From positions 3,286,001 through 3,350,000 of the forward strand of contig CP110439.1 of NCBI GenBank assembly GCA_026914245.1: a stretch of DNA of 64,000 nucleotides, in the 5' to 3' direction. Below, piece by piece: positions 50,283-63,849 of this stretch. Origin of the DNA: Puccinia triticina. Taxonomy: Eukaryota. Position 1 is the stretch's first letter; every line of letters begins with the position of its first letter. The notes beneath the pieces are model-generated. The model did not search any database, was not told the DNA's origin, and saw only the letters and a list, made by a program, of their open reading frames with translations. A program made the position numbers and the translations under genes.

Positions 50283-51809
50283 GAGCATCCACCCTTGTTG
50301 CGGTAAATTTTTAGGTAGCCAGCGAGTCCCGCGAGGCTCAGTTGCTTAGCTAGAAAAAAAACCACCCTCATCGCTAGGTAGCGGCTCAGTAGGCTACACA
50401 TATTTAGATAAAGACACCACCACCACCCTTGTGTCTACATAAATATGTATGTACAGTGGGTAGACAATTGTATCCGCCACACCATTTTTGGACCATAGAA
50501 ACTCAACCAACCAACTTCAAGTCACTAGTATTGGTGAGATGGTTCAAAATATTCTTCAAAACACAAATATGAAAAAATAAACACAAAAATCAAAGTTGAA
50601 AAATTAAACAAAAAAACCAAAAAATGTAATAATTTTCTCAAAAAAATTTGAAGATTGTGAAATGATAGTATGAGATCTGAAATGAATGATTATAAGTAAA
50701 AAAATTGAAAAAAATTGATTCTATGTGGTTTAAAAGATGTGCGCAGTGAGTCATTCATCAGCATACCTGGCATTCTGGCACTGTAATTTCCCCATTTTGA
50801 CTGCAGATTGTCCACCCACCAAGCCAAGACTTTTTTGGGTCACATTTTTTTCATTTATTATCATTCTTTTCATGTTCCACTCTTGCTTTCTGCCTATTCA
50901 ACTTTCTCTGAAAAAAAGAATTAAGCTTGCAAGAAAAACTTGTGTTTTTTCAACTTTTTTAAAAAATCACAACTTTGTTTTTTCATTTTTATTTTATCAT
51001 ATTCATCTTTTTAAGCCTATTTTGAACCATCTCACTGGAAGGAATGACTTGAAGTTGGTGGGGGGAGATTCTAGAGTCCAAAAACGTGTGGTGGATACAA
51101 TCGTCTACCCACTGTATGTATTTAAGCACAACACAGCCCACATATTCAGAAGAATATAGGCCAATGACCCAATGCCTGGTCTACTGAAGACCAGTCATCA
51201 TTTCAACTAGGTTATCCCAATGACCGGTCGTGTTATCCAATGACCGGTCATCCCATCTATGAAGGGTCTATTGATGATGGATCATTCAATGACCAGTCAT
51301 CACATCAATGTCCGGTCATCCTATCCAATGACCGGTCTATCAATGTGCGGCCATCCTATCATTGACCGGTTGATTGCTATCATTGACTGGTTGATCAATG
51401 ACCGGTTGACCAATGACTGCTTGATTAAGGACCGGGCTGGCCATCCTGTCATTGGCCGGTTGATTGATGACCGGTTGATCAATGACTGGTTGATCAATGA
51501 CCGGTGAGTCAAACTGTTATGTATATTGTATATTATCGTTTTTTATTTTTTCTTTGGTGGGGGGTGGGGGGTGGAGAGGTTTTGGCATGTTGGTGTAGTA
51601 TGTACTTGTGTTTGGCAAGGGTCGGGAGGCTGGTCAAATTTTTCCTTACAGAGGCTCTGTAGCCGTTGGTAAATCTTGTGAGCCTTAAAGATTTGCCAAA
51701 CAACTACTTAGCTAAAGAGCCCTAAAGAGGGAATGAGGGTGGAAAATTGCTTACATACTTTGTAAATCTGCCTTAAAGAGCGGGTTTACAGAGACAAGGG
51801 TGGATGCTC
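50283..51809. mobile_element. PIF/Harbinger-like non-autonomous element (~1.5 kb including a nested insertion)
   Basis: TIR GAGCATCCACCCTTGT / ACAAGGGTGGATGCTC flanked by TTA / TAA. Contains ATGACCGG repeats at 51160-51510. Confidence 0.8.
50454..51114. mobile_element. Tc1/mariner-type MITE nested in the Harbinger-like element
   Basis: TA|CAGTGGGTAGACAATTGTATCC ... GGATACAATCGTCTACCCACTG|TA. Long imperfect inverted arms (>100 bp). Confidence 0.87.
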
Positions 51810-51976
51810 TAAATCCTCTGAATCACAAAACAAAAATTCAAGGGAAAAATTGCAAAAAAAAAAAAAAAAATCAAGGGTTTCCCCTCTACAAGTTGCAGAA
51901 AAAAAAAACATGAAGGGTTTTCCTTCTACAAATGCCAAAATCAACAAAAAAACATAATTTTACAACAACAAAAAAA

Positions 51977-54174
51977 GGGTCAGCCTAAATGCACTCCAAA
52001 CTTTTACTTCATGCACTCCACATTTTTGGCTTTGGGGGGCCAGCACTCCAAAAAAGTTGGAGTGCCTTGATTTTGTACTCCCAAAACATGGAGTCCCCAG
52101 ATGGGCACTCCATGTTTCTTGGAGTACACAACTGGGTACTCCAAAATTGACCAAAATAGGGGAGTGCAGCTAGATGCACTCCAAAAAAAATGGAGTGCAA
52201 GACCAAGCACTCCACCTTTTCAGTGAAGGATTTTGGCTTTGCACTCCAGCTAGCAAATACCAAATGGAGTGCATTGGGGTCCACTCCAAGTCTCCTTTTT
52301 TTTGGAGTGCCCACAGCAATCACACCTCTTGATGACCGGTCTGGACCGGTCATTGAGGGGACTCACACGACCAGTCATCCAGAGGACTCATACCTCTTGA
52401 TGACCGGCGCGGACCGGTCATCAGTCACACCTCTTGATGACCGGTGTGTACCGGTCAACAAGGGGAGGTGCTACTCCTGATTACCGGTCTTTACCGGTCA
52501 TCGAGGGGACTCCCACCTCTCAATGACCGGCGCGGACCGGTCATCAGTCACACCTCCCGATGACCGGCACAGACCGGTCATCAAGAGGACTCACACCTCT
52601 CGATGATCGGTCTGACCGGTCATTGAGAGGACTCACATCTCTTGATGATTGGTCAGACCGGTCATTGAGGGGACTCACACCTCTCAATGACCGGTCATCA
52701 CCGGTCATCAAGGTGAGTCACATTTCTTGATGACCGGTCAGACCGGTCATCAAGGGTAATAACACCTCTCAATGACCGGTGTGTACCAGTCACCGACGGG
52801 AGGTGCTACTCTCGATGACCGGTTGGTCTGACCGGTCATCGAGAGGAGATGTTACTCCCCTCGATGACCTGACCGGCACAGACCGGTCATCAAGAGATGT
52901 GACTCACATCGATGACCGGTCATCACTGGTCATTGAGTGGTGTGAGCTGGTGTGAGCCCTCTTGATGACCGACCGGTCATTGGGAGCATCAAGAGGTGTG
53001 AGTCCCCTCGATGACCGGTCTGTGCCGGTCACCGAGGGGAGTAGCACCTCCTCTCGATGACCAGTCAGACCAACCGGTCATTGAGAGTAGCACCTCCCCT
53101 CAATGACTGGTACACACCGGTCATCCAGAGGAGGTGTTATTCTCCTCAATGACTGGTCTGACCGGTCATCAAGGGATGTGACTCACCTTGATGACCGGTC
53201 ATCACCGGTCATCGAGAGGTGTTATTAACCTTGATGACCGGTCATCACCGGTCATCGAGAGGTGTTATTACCCTTGATGACCGGTCATTGAGAGGTGTTA
53301 TTACCCTTGATGACCGGTCTGACCGGTCATCAAGAGATGTGACTCACCTCAATGACCGGTGATGACCGGTCATTGAGACGTGTGAGTCCCCTTGATGACC
53401 GGACTGACCAATCATTGAGAGGTGTGAGCCCTCTTGATGACCGGTGATGACCGGTCATTGAGAGGAGGTGTTATTAGCCTTGATGACCGGTGTGACCAAT
53501 CATCGAGGTGTGAGTCCCCTTGATGACCGGTCTGTGCCGGTCATCGGGAGGTGTGACCAGTCCGCGCCGGTCATTGAGAGGTGTGAGTCCCCTCGGTGAC
53601 CGGCACAGACCGGTCATCGAGAGGAGATGTTACTCCCCTCAATGAACAGCACAGACCGGTCATCAAGAGGAGATGTTACTCCCCTCGATGACCGGCACAG
53701 ACCGGTCATTAAGAGGTGTGATTTCTGTGATTTCCCTCAATGACCGGCGGTCCGGTACAGACTGGTCATTAAGAGGAGATTTTAATCCGCTCAATGCCGG
53801 TCTGTACCGGTCATGGATATCAGGAGGATCAAGTGGGGTGTGTTTGCACATAGCCCGGTTGAAGTTGTAGGCACTCCAGCTCTGGCTGGAGTGCACAGTA
53901 CTGCACCCCCCTTTTGAGGAGGAGAAATATCAGGAATGGAGTGCTGGGGGAATGCACTCCAATCTGATGGAGTGAGACTCATGGGCACTCATTACATTTC
54001 CTGGCCACTGGTGTTCTTTGTGGTGCACTCCAAAGAGTCTTGAGTCCCTGGTTCTGCACTCCAATTGACTTGGAGTACTATAGTCTGTACTCCAACAATC
54101 ATTGGAGTGCACACTCCATACACTCACTTTTGGAGTGCTTTTGGGATTTTTTTGGAGTGCATTGAGGCTGACCC
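51977..54174. mobile_element. Non-autonomous TIR element, 2.2 kb, GG termini, 8-bp TSD, carrying a 1.5-kb palindromic minisatellite
   Basis: TIR GGGTCAGCCT(A/C)AATGCACTCCAAA. TSD CAAAAAAA (51969-51976 / 54175-54182). Many GCACTCCA/TGGAGTGC subterminal motifs. Confidence 0.85.
52320..53830. repeat. Array of ~35-45-bp palindromic units CTC(G/T/A)ATGACCGG-n-CCGGTCATC(G/A)AGAGG with short linkers
   Basis: Direct reading. Linker polarity flips from GACTCACACC to GGTGTGAGTC near 52.85-52.95 kb. Confidence 0.93.
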
Positions 54175-57100
54175 CAAAAAAATACAACTATAACCTGCAA
54201 CCAGCCACCTAACATCAGCAAGCTGATGCACCGTGGCCCACTGTCCATCCCTGTCTAGCAGGGTTAAAAATCAGTGAGAGGATGACCCCCAGCGCGCCGC
54301 ATTGAAGGCATTATGCAAAGGGGGGCCAACGAGTTTAGCCCCTCAAACTGTGCAAGTGCAACAGCAAAGGGGGTGAGGAAAAAACGCACACTGGAAGTAC
54401 AGCGGCAGAGGACACCCTGGGGATTATCCAAACTCAAGGGCACCTCTTTTTATACACGTTCCAGTTCCCCCAGCAAGCTTGCATTGGCTTCCTTGACTTG
54501 GCCCTGCATGCTATGTACATATCCTTGGCAATAATGCCACCGCCACACCGCTGATGCATCTTTGAACCATGCGGCACTGACTTCATATGGATGTAACCTA
54601 CACACCCAGACAAATCGGGCAAAGCCGCGGCGCCAGCTGGGCGTTACATGACGCCAGCTTGGCGTCATGGTGATAGGGGGCGGGGCGCCCAAGGCCAGGT
54701 GGCGTCAGGACCCACATCAGGTTGTTGTAAGCCACGCTGGGTGCCTTCCGGTCGCCCGTCCTGCAGGCCAACCTGTCGTGATGGTCAGGCATGCGTCAAT
54801 CTCTTGCGCTGCGGTGGTGCCGGTCAGGCTGCCGACATGGGAGGTCCACATCAGGGGGTCGCCCTCAGGCCGCCAACCTGCCCCGGTCGCTGGAGTGGCG
54901 ACAGAGTGAGGCGTCCGGCCGCACAGCGCGGGCGAGCCGGCCGGTATACAACCTGATGACGCTGGCCATTGACCTTGCATGCCCGCCGTTTAAGGCCGGC
55001 GACCGCTATGTACATGGGACAAAACATCCGAGGAACAGGTGGCTTGGACCAAAAATGCTCGCCATCCGCGGCGCTGAGGAGCATGGCATAAGGCCTGCGG
55101 CGCTCTCAATGGGGTCCCTATCATGGGCACGCCGGAGGACTTTCTGGCACTTCAAGCACACAACCAGCAACCAGCACGTTGGCATCGACGAAAAACTTGA
55201 CGGCGAACCACTCAATGACTCTGTTGGATTCCTTGCCAAGAATCTTGATGGCAAACTTCTTGACCCTTCCAACTTTTCTGTGGACTGGTGAGCTCAGGAT
55301 CCCGATTGTACTTCATGGTCCAGCCGCCCGATACACTCCTCCAACTTTGCTGACCAATTTTTACAGCTATAATTTCATATATCTCTCATTCCTAATTGTT
55401 ATTACCCATTCAAATTAAGACCTCCTCTTATTCATGCTGGTAGCTAGTTTTAATGCAAAAAGAAAAGTGTTACTATCATCACATTTTTACAGTGTATTTT
55501 TCTGAATATGTGCTGTAATCCAAAGTTGATAAAATATACTGTGTGAGAAGCATTTGACTATGGATGACAAACTGGTTGGATAAGGTGTGATATATAAATG
55601 CAGAGCCAACAATAGTTATACAAAGAAGAACCCAGGCTTACAATATTGACACAGAGCAGGGATTGCTGGCTATTAGCCTAGCTCCCGGTTGCGCGGGCTG
55701 CACAGCCATGCTGATTAGGGCTATGCGCACAGCTATTAACACAGCCTCGGGTTACCCACCGGCGGGACCCCGACCTTTAAGTAGAGATACCTGCACGTGC
55801 ACAGGAGCTGAGTTCCCATGCAACTCCAACCATTGGAACTCACCCAACTTCGCCGTCACCACCACCCCATCCCCTTTCCTTGCTTTTCCGTCTGCCCCAG
55901 CCCAACATATCCTTTACACTGATGAGTTTGACGCCATCCTTAAACGGCCCTTGGCCCGGCATGCCAAGCGACGACAGTAAGTTTACCCCTCCCCCACCCT
56001 CACACCAGACCTTGAACATGCTAACAAGGGACGCCCAGCCAAATTGAGATGGTAGGTGATACCCCCACCCCCTGCATCTGGTTACCCACCCTGCCCCCCT
56101 AGCATCTTGTTCCCCCACCCTTCCCTCTTCTCCCATGTGTGCCCCCCCCCCCCCCCCCCCCCCGCCGCGCTTCGCCTGTATTTCCCCTTTTTCTCATCCC
56201 TGTCAACCCATGTGTAGCAAAGAAATAAACCTCTATAACCCAATATCTATACCTCTGTGGCCCCAGCGGGCCCGGTCCAATATGCCCCTTCACAACCCAG
56301 CCGTGTTGCCCCAGCCATGTCTCATGGCTCCACAGGCGAGCAGGGAGCCTCCTTGGTGCAATACCCCCGCCTGAGTGGTAGCTGCCCAGGTGTCATGGAT
56401 CTAGTGGCTGCAGACGTGCTGTGTGGCCCTTGCCCACGTCCCTGTGGGTGACTCATAGTTGACCACCATGATGGCCGAGCATCGCCCACCAGGGATGGCC
56501 GCTGTTGATCACCATGATGATCCTATGGCAAAACAGGAACGGTCTCCTGGGTGTCCCAGGGGACAACTCCCATAGGCAAACGCTGCCGCTATGCAGATGG
56601 ACAACTGCCAGCCGGACAGGCCTCATTCCGGCGCCCAACCCCTCGCCTAGCATGCGCCAACTGGACATGGTTCCCCAGCATATCAAGACTTCAAGTTGGC
56701 GCCCCCCCCAGCCTGGGCGTCATGTAGTCAACCCAGGTTGGTGCCATCCTGTACGCAGGTATGGCGCGCGGCCTGTACGGTGTAAAGCTCAAAAGTGTTC
56801 CTGAGAACCTTTTTCTGAGTGTGGAAAGGGATGATTGAGGTTTTCTCTGCCTTTGTTGGGTCACTAGACACTAAAACAAACTATTGGAAGGTTTATGTAG
56901 TGATAGTGGAGGTGTATCAAAAGATGGCCTACTTTGAGCAGGTGGCTTAAGGGTTATGGTGATGTAGCTGATGTGTAAGTGTTGTAATGAGGTTGTAATT
57001 TGTATGTAAGGGTGTAAAACCACAATATAGAGTGGGGCTAATACTGTAGAGTGAGCAAGTATTGTAGTGTTATGGGGTAAGCTGAGTGCAAGTAGTTTGC

Positions 57101-58189
57101 TGAGAGAAATTACAACTGGGGGGAGGAGAGCCTCCTTAAATAGAAAAGAGTGAGACATTTTAGCTCCAGGGGAACAAGAGAATGAGGGGTTTTAGCTGGC
57201 CTGGCCTGTCAAACTGATTCTATCTGCAAGCTGCATGAGGGGTTTTTGCTATCTTGACACCTGCATGATGTCATCTGTCAACTGTCAGACTGCAGCCCCT
57301 ATTACACTATTCTGCATGCACCTGAATAAGACTGCATAAGCCTGCATCAAGTGTGCATAACACTGCATGAGACTGCATGAGACTGCATGACATGTGCATA
57401 GCACAATGTAATGAGTGCAGCTGATGAGATAAAGTATATGTAAAGGTTAGACAAGCTGTCACTGTCAGGGTGGTCCATGTAACGGATTACATGTCCTGGG
57501 TAAGTGTGGTTCATGTAACAGATTACATGACCTGAGTATGGTGTTTGTGTGTGTGAAACTGACTGATGGTGTCTTGAAAGGGTTGTATCTTCTGATCCAG
57601 AGGGGTGTAAGGTGTGTTGTCCATGGTGTCATGTGTAGTTTTGGCCGTAGAATCCAGTGGTGCCACCAGATTGGTTGATTTGATAGTGTACATATGAGAA
57701 AAAAGGAAATTTTGAAATGGGCTAGATGGGTAACCATAAAGCATACCACAACGGTGTGGTAAGCCAATCCTGAATATGGCACCAAAATCAAAGGCCTTTT
57801 CCCTCACTATCAGCCACTCTGGACTACTCAAGGCCCCAGCTCCCGCAAGGACCAAGGCCAGGACAACTCATACCCATCAACAGGCCCCCCATTATCTCCT
57901 TCCTCTATTTTCCCCACCCACACCAACTCAGTATTTCTCAGGCTCCCAGCTAGGCACAAGTGGGAGAAAGTCACCCATCAGACAGAGCCAGACTCTTAGG
58001 AAAGACCCTGGATATTCATCATCTTTTCCTCCCTTCCAAATCCAGAATAACGACCCCATCTTGGCATTAGCCACACATGTAATAACCATAGAGATCCCAT
58101 CTTGGCTAAACCCTTGTTCCCTTTGTTTTAAGCCCTTCCCTTTTCAGCCTCTCATATGATATGTAATCCCTTTCTCCTGGTGTTTCATT

Positions 58190-58436
58190 CACTGCAAAAA
58201 TAACTTGGTCAACTGCTTGCAGTTGACATGCAGGATACTCAAGCCAAGCTGCCATTGTAACTCCACATGAATGCAGAAGTGCCTTTGTTGGCACAGTCAC
58301 TGTGCAAGGTGCACAGTGACTGTGCATTGAAGCTTGGGTTGAGTCAAACCTTGAGCAAGGCTGGTGTAACACCACAAGCTTCCTCAGAGTTGCCGCATGT
58401 CAACTGCTCACAGTTGACACAGTTTTTTTTGCAGTG
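58190..58436. mobile_element. CACTA/CMC-type MITE, 247 bp
   Basis: CACTGCAAAAA ... TTTTTGCAGTG termini, 3-bp TSD ATT, subterminal GTCAACTG/CAGTTGAC motifs. Confidence 0.88.
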
Positions 58437-59399
58437 ATTGTCTCTCCACATTCCAGCCTCATTCCAGAACTTTCCATCCCCATAGCATTTTTAGCCTCAG
58501 CCCCCTGATTGAGAATTTTCACTGTTTCATATTTTCTTCCAACCACAACTCAGCCTCATAATATTTTGTATATAGTCTGCCCTCTTTGGCCCTACCTTTT
58601 GCTCCCCATCAGATCCTGCCCCAGAAATTCAGATAACTGGTCACCCTTCAATAGCATAGTTTATGCCAGGAAATCAGACTGGAAAAACTTGATATTATCC
58701 TTGACTCCTACTATTAGATTAGTATACCCATTAAACTGAAACCCTACAGACATACCTCAAGAATCTCCATAGCCACAACTTTCCTTAGGAGTCCAATATT
58801 CTTTTTCTTGTTCCCCTGAGAGGCAGCCCTTCAAGCACCAAATCCCTCTCAAGCTCTATTCTTCCCTCAGAGTAGTTCCACAATGGCAAATCTAGATGCT
58901 GGAGAGCAACACCCAGCTGGTGTTCCCCAATTGCGGGGCCCAGGTGGCGCCCCCGACCGGGTTAAGTGGGCGCCCCAATTGTCCGGGTGTGTACCTGATT
59001 TTGAAATGTAGAACTTAAGTAAGGACTAGAGGCCAAGGCAGCTTTGCTGCTGCAAATACCAGGTTTAAATCCCCAAGCCCCTTGTAAGTTGTATGACCTC
59101 CTTCAAAGAGTCTAGGCCCAATTTATCAGTAATGGATTGGGACCTGACTAATTGCACTGCAGTTGATATTCATTTGAAGAAAATCATGATATTATTTCTA
59201 AGTTAAAAAGTGCTACAATTGATTGACACTATGGCAGAGTTTGTGTGTCAAGTCAAGGTAGTACACTTCCCAAAAGAAAGTGAATCCACAGCCATGGCTG
59301 ACAACAACAATGGGCCTTTAATTTACAGTTATTGGCAAAGTAAATATATAGTAGATGTTTTTGGCTCAATACTATAGCAGATAGCACTCCAATCAGTAA

Positions 59400-59560
59400 G
59401 GCCCCGTTTGGCTGCCGCGTTATACGTCATAAATGGTTGGATTTATGACGCCGCGACCCAAAGTTTGCCCCCCGTTGCCACCAAAACTTTGAAACCCCCG
59501 GGGGTTGCGTGTCATAAATTCGACCATTTATGGTGTATAATGCGGCAGCCAAACGGGGTC
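59400..59560. mobile_element. Tourist-like (PIF/Harbinger) MITE, 161 bp
   Basis: TAA|GGCCCCGTTTGGCTGCCGC.TTATAC ... GTATAATGCGGCAGCCAAACGGGGTC|TAA. Confidence 0.92.
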
Positions 59561-60559
59561 TAAAGAATTTTTCTTTACTATAACACATATTTGATTTTTT
59601 AATTTTTTATACAGGTACGGTATTAGTTAAAGTAATTTGTTTTGTTTTGTTGATGGGAGCTTGCAAAAGGCTCCTTATAACCACAACCAGGCACTTGTAC
59701 CTAGTTTTTCCCCTTTTTATTTCAATAAGCAGGGGTAAAAGTACATTTAAACCTGCTTTTACCCCTGGTTATTGAAATAACTAGGGTTGAAATATGTTAA
59801 ACAGGGCTCTCTACTATATCAGCCCATTGGGAAAAAAATCCTTTACTATAACCAGTAAAGTACCAGAGATGATAAAAACATCTATATTACACCACCGCTT
59901 GATTCTCAACTTTGAGTTGCGTTGGCGAGCCCGCGGGGTCAAGGGAATGTCAGGTTTGACCTGCCTGCCGCAAATTTGACTGCGGAGGCAGGTCAACGCC
60001 GGGGACGGGTCAGACCCATCCAAACTACCTGTCATGCCAACACAACCAGCCCATTCTGTTGGCATGACAGCAGGGCCAGAATAGTGCCATGGCATAACCC
60101 AGCCAACCATGTTTGGCCCTGCTGAGCAGGCCAACGGTACGGCTGGGTTGGGCCAACTTGTTGGCCCCGTTGGCTTGACTGTACATCAAACAAGGGTCCA
60201 ACACGGCAGACAGCCAAAGAAGGCTTGCCAGCAGCGGCAAGCCAACACCGTTGGCTGGTTGGGCCCACGTCAAGCATTGGTCATGATTGGCTCGCCATCC
60301 AGGTCGGCAAGCAATCATTGGATTGGGGGTTTTTTTTTTTTGAGCAAGGGTCCTATATATGCTTTTGCTTTAGGAGAAAGGTAAGGAAAGTTCCATTTTT
60401 CAAACAAAAAAAAGAGAACATGTCAAACAAAGGTTGTCAGCATGAATACTGAACAAGAAAACATGTGGTTCATTTTAGCACACCGGGTGCCAAGACAAAA
60501 GGTCTTTAGTCTTGCGGTGGAAGCAGGACCCTGGTTGCTGGGCCAGCCAACTTCTGACA

Positions 60560-61860
60560 CTGCGGGCATCTCGCTGTCGCTGCGGGCCGCAGCGACATCA
60601 TGACGCTGCATGTCAGAATGCAGCGTCAGCTGCAGCGACATGGCCGGCTGATTTGCCTTTGGACAGCCGGCCACCACAGTAGATACATAACAACCTCTTG
60701 ATGACCGGTCCTTGTGCCGGCCATCAAGAGGATTACACACTCCTCTCACTCCTCTCGGTGACCAGCTCATGGACCGGTCATCGGGAGGAGTATGTAAGGA
60801 CTCCAATTGGGAGTCCTTCACTAGTCGTCGAGTGGGGCACAGAAGGGGGAACCTCGAGTCAAGATTCTAGTTCACGGGCTATGTATTGCAAGGGAGGGAG
60901 CAGTCTAGCCGGGAGAGATGTGGTCGCGGTGATCTCTGTAAGTACATGAACAAGCTGGAAGAAGAAAGAGACAACATAGAGGGAAAGGGAAAAGGAACAA
61001 GACGGCTTACCTAGCTGGGAGAGATGTGGTCGCGGTGATCTCTGTAAGTACATGAACAAGCTGGAAGAAGAAAGAGACAACATAGAGGGAAAGGGAAAAG
61101 GAACAAGACGGCTTACCTAGCCGGGAGAGATGTGGTCGCGGTGATCTCTACCGGCTAGGAGGGGGAAGTGAGAGCTAAGAGATATACGTGGCCGGATGGG
61201 GTTTCTGTGATTCCTCTTTTGAAACCTTGCGGCGCGCGGGGGCTTCACAGAGTCCACACTCCTCTTGATGCCAGCACACACCGGTGTCAAGAGGAGTACA
61301 GACACCTCTTGATGGCTGGCACAACAACCGGTCACCGAGAGGAGTACGCACTCCTCTCGATGGCTGGCCCAAGGCCCGGTCATCGGGAGGAGTACATACA
61401 CACTTCCCTCGATGGACGGCACAGACCGGGCATCGAGGTGCATGTACTTCTCTCAACGCCAGCCTGTGTTGGCATTGAGAGGAGTATGGATTCCTCCTCC
61501 CGATGACCAGTCCTTGTGCTGGTCATCGAGAGGAGTGTGGAATCCTCCTCCCAATGACCAGTCGTTATGCTGGTCATCGAGAGGAGTGTGGACAACTCTC
61601 AACGGCCGGCACAAGGACTCCTCCTGATGGCTGGTCCTTGGGCCAGCCATCAAGAGGAGTGCGTACTCCTCTCGGTGACCGGTTGTTGTGCCGGCCATCA
61701 AGAGGTGCGTTGTGTGTACATACCCCGGTGGCTGGCTGATGGACAGCCGGCCAAGTGTCGCTGCAATACTTTTTGCGCGGGGTTCAAATCCCCACTGAAT
61801 TGTCAAATGTTGCTGCGGACCCCAGCAACATCGAGATGCCCGCAGTGTGATAGCTCTGGG
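60560..61860. repeat. Dispersed repeat family copy (inverted relative to 44895-45910), interrupted by a solo LTR
   Basis: Colinear reverse-complement similarity with 45080-45900 once 60793-61249 is removed. Confidence 0.8.
60793..61249. mobile_element. Solo LTR, 457 bp, related to 37840-38166, with an internal 106-bp tandem duplication
   Basis: TGTAAGGACTCC...CTTCACA termini. Flanks GAGTA / GAGTC. Absent from the homologous repeat copy near 45670. Repeat units start at 60905, 61011 and 61117. Confidence 0.88.
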
Positions 61861-63849
61861 TTCAAGCCCAAGCTTGAGGCAATTTTTGAACCAGCCGAGC
61901 AATTGCAAATATTACGCAGGCATTGCATACTGCAATTCACATTGCGCAAGTCCGGTGCAATGCATGTTGTGTTGCGCTGGGCTCCTGTCAAGGATTTGCC
62001 GATGCACTTCCATCATGAAGGCCTTGCGTCAAGTATGTGCCAACGGCGGACTCGGACGCAAGGCCTGCATTGGAAGAAATGCCGACTGCGGCACTGACAG
62101 CCTCCCATGTTGAGACATCAGGTCGGCCACCAAAACAGTTTGGTGGCTGTAGAAAGCAACAAAAAAAGGAACAACTCCCTCTTTTCTATTAATCTCATCT
62201 ATTTAAATCTCAATCTTGTCTTGATTCAAAAGAGCAGTCACTCTTGCTCTTAGGTACATATATGATAAATTTTTATCATTATTTTGCACTCTCATCAAAT
62301 TATCTTTGTTATAGTCTAAGGAGTGAATCTTGGTCCTCTCAAATTTCTCATTTTTGACCAGGCCTGTCATTTGATCCATACATTTTTCCATCTGTTTGCC
62401 TCTGGGGATGTCAGAGGATTTACTTTCCTTTTGAACTTTGTGTTTTCTTATCCATAACTATATACAGCTTTTTGGGAATGGCTGAACAGTTGAGGTAGTC
62501 ACACCACTTGGCCAACTTTGAAACCTCCTAATATCCTAGGGGCCTGTGACGGGTGGTATCCTCTTTGGGGTGATCCTGGGTTATCTGGGGGTGTGGTTTT
62601 GGTTGTCTGAAGTCTGTGTATCCTCCTGATGCAAGGGGGATCCTGACTTCAAAAAATTCCACAGTTTGCTTATGTAATTACATATATACATGTGGTTGGC
62701 GTGCCTCGTAGCGCTTACACATCACACCTGTGCATGTGCGCCACAACTCAAGAACTCTGGGAAGGAGTAGAGTTACAAAGAAGTGCTAAGTTGTAAGTAG
62801 GGTTAAAATTGCATGGGGAAACAGAATCTGCAGTCAAAACAAGGATATATCTTAAGATGAAAAAGACATGAAGTAATTCATAGAAAAGGCAGACTTTAGG
62901 TCAGCTGCGCTTACTCTAAGGCTGACACTTTTGGACAACTGTTGAACCCTAGCAATATCACAGAGCGGCCATTTGGAGGAGTGATCCATTGGGCCAGGCC
63001 ACCTTTAAAGATTTCTCCTTGCCCAAACCAAACCCAGCTGGGCTTGGGCGGCTCATCAGCAAGCACACCCAATAGCCATGCCTAGTTCACCTTAGCATGG
63101 TATGCCCCGGCAGTCCGTGTGCGGGTCATGGACCGCAAGAAAGCCCCGTCCCACAGGGCATTCCCTGGCGGCTGTGGAATGGGTTCTAGTGCTACTTCCA
63201 GGTCTTCTTTCTTGGCATTCGCAAGCACATCAGGGTTGGTGGGAGGCTCACGCTGTGTGGGTTTGACAATTTTGGCTATCTCAGACTGCGGGCTTAGAGG
63301 GCTCAAAGGAAGTGTTGTTACGCGGCTTGCCTGCCATGGGAAACTGGAATTCTGTGTTGTCCAATGAAGCTTTTGAGACGTTGGGTGTTGACTCTCCCAG
63401 CTGAGAGGGATCGTCAAAATTGTCAAGCGGATAAATTGCTGAGGCTTTTCAATCAGTGATTGGGTGTTGGCTATAGTATCAGGCAAGGTTGATTGTTTGG
63501 TGATGTCAACTCTGTTAGAATTCTAGCCACTCTCAGTCTTAATTATTTTATTATCTTTATTTTAAAATTATAGTTAATTAAGACTTGTAGCTCTTAATTT
63601 CACTCAAAGTTAAACTAGACGTGTAGATCTAGCAAATATTATTTAGAACTGTAGTTCTACATCTTCATGTTTATTTTGGACGTGTAGCTTCTAAAATCCT
63701 TGAGACATGTAGTTCTCAATTTTTTTCATCTGTCACAAGTGTGACATGTTGTTTTAGTTCTTATAGTCTTCTGACGTCATTGTAATTGAAGCATTATTTC
63801 TTGTTGACCACCTCAAGATTAATCCAAGTATATTAAAGCTTCAGGTTTG

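Noticed and set aside
52320..53830. CRISPR-like array of palindromic repeats with linkers
   Set aside because: The linkers are short and related to each other rather than unique spacers. There are no cas genes, the context is eukaryotic, and the array lies inside a TIR element.
54300..58150. Assorted short ORFs and GC-rich palindromes
   Set aside because: No consistent gene model or TIR/TSD pair found; probably old repeat debris.
62203..63486. Short - strand ORFs, possibly a retroelement ORF1 relic
   Set aside because: No diagnostic motif and strongly CpG-depleted; a call cannot be supported.
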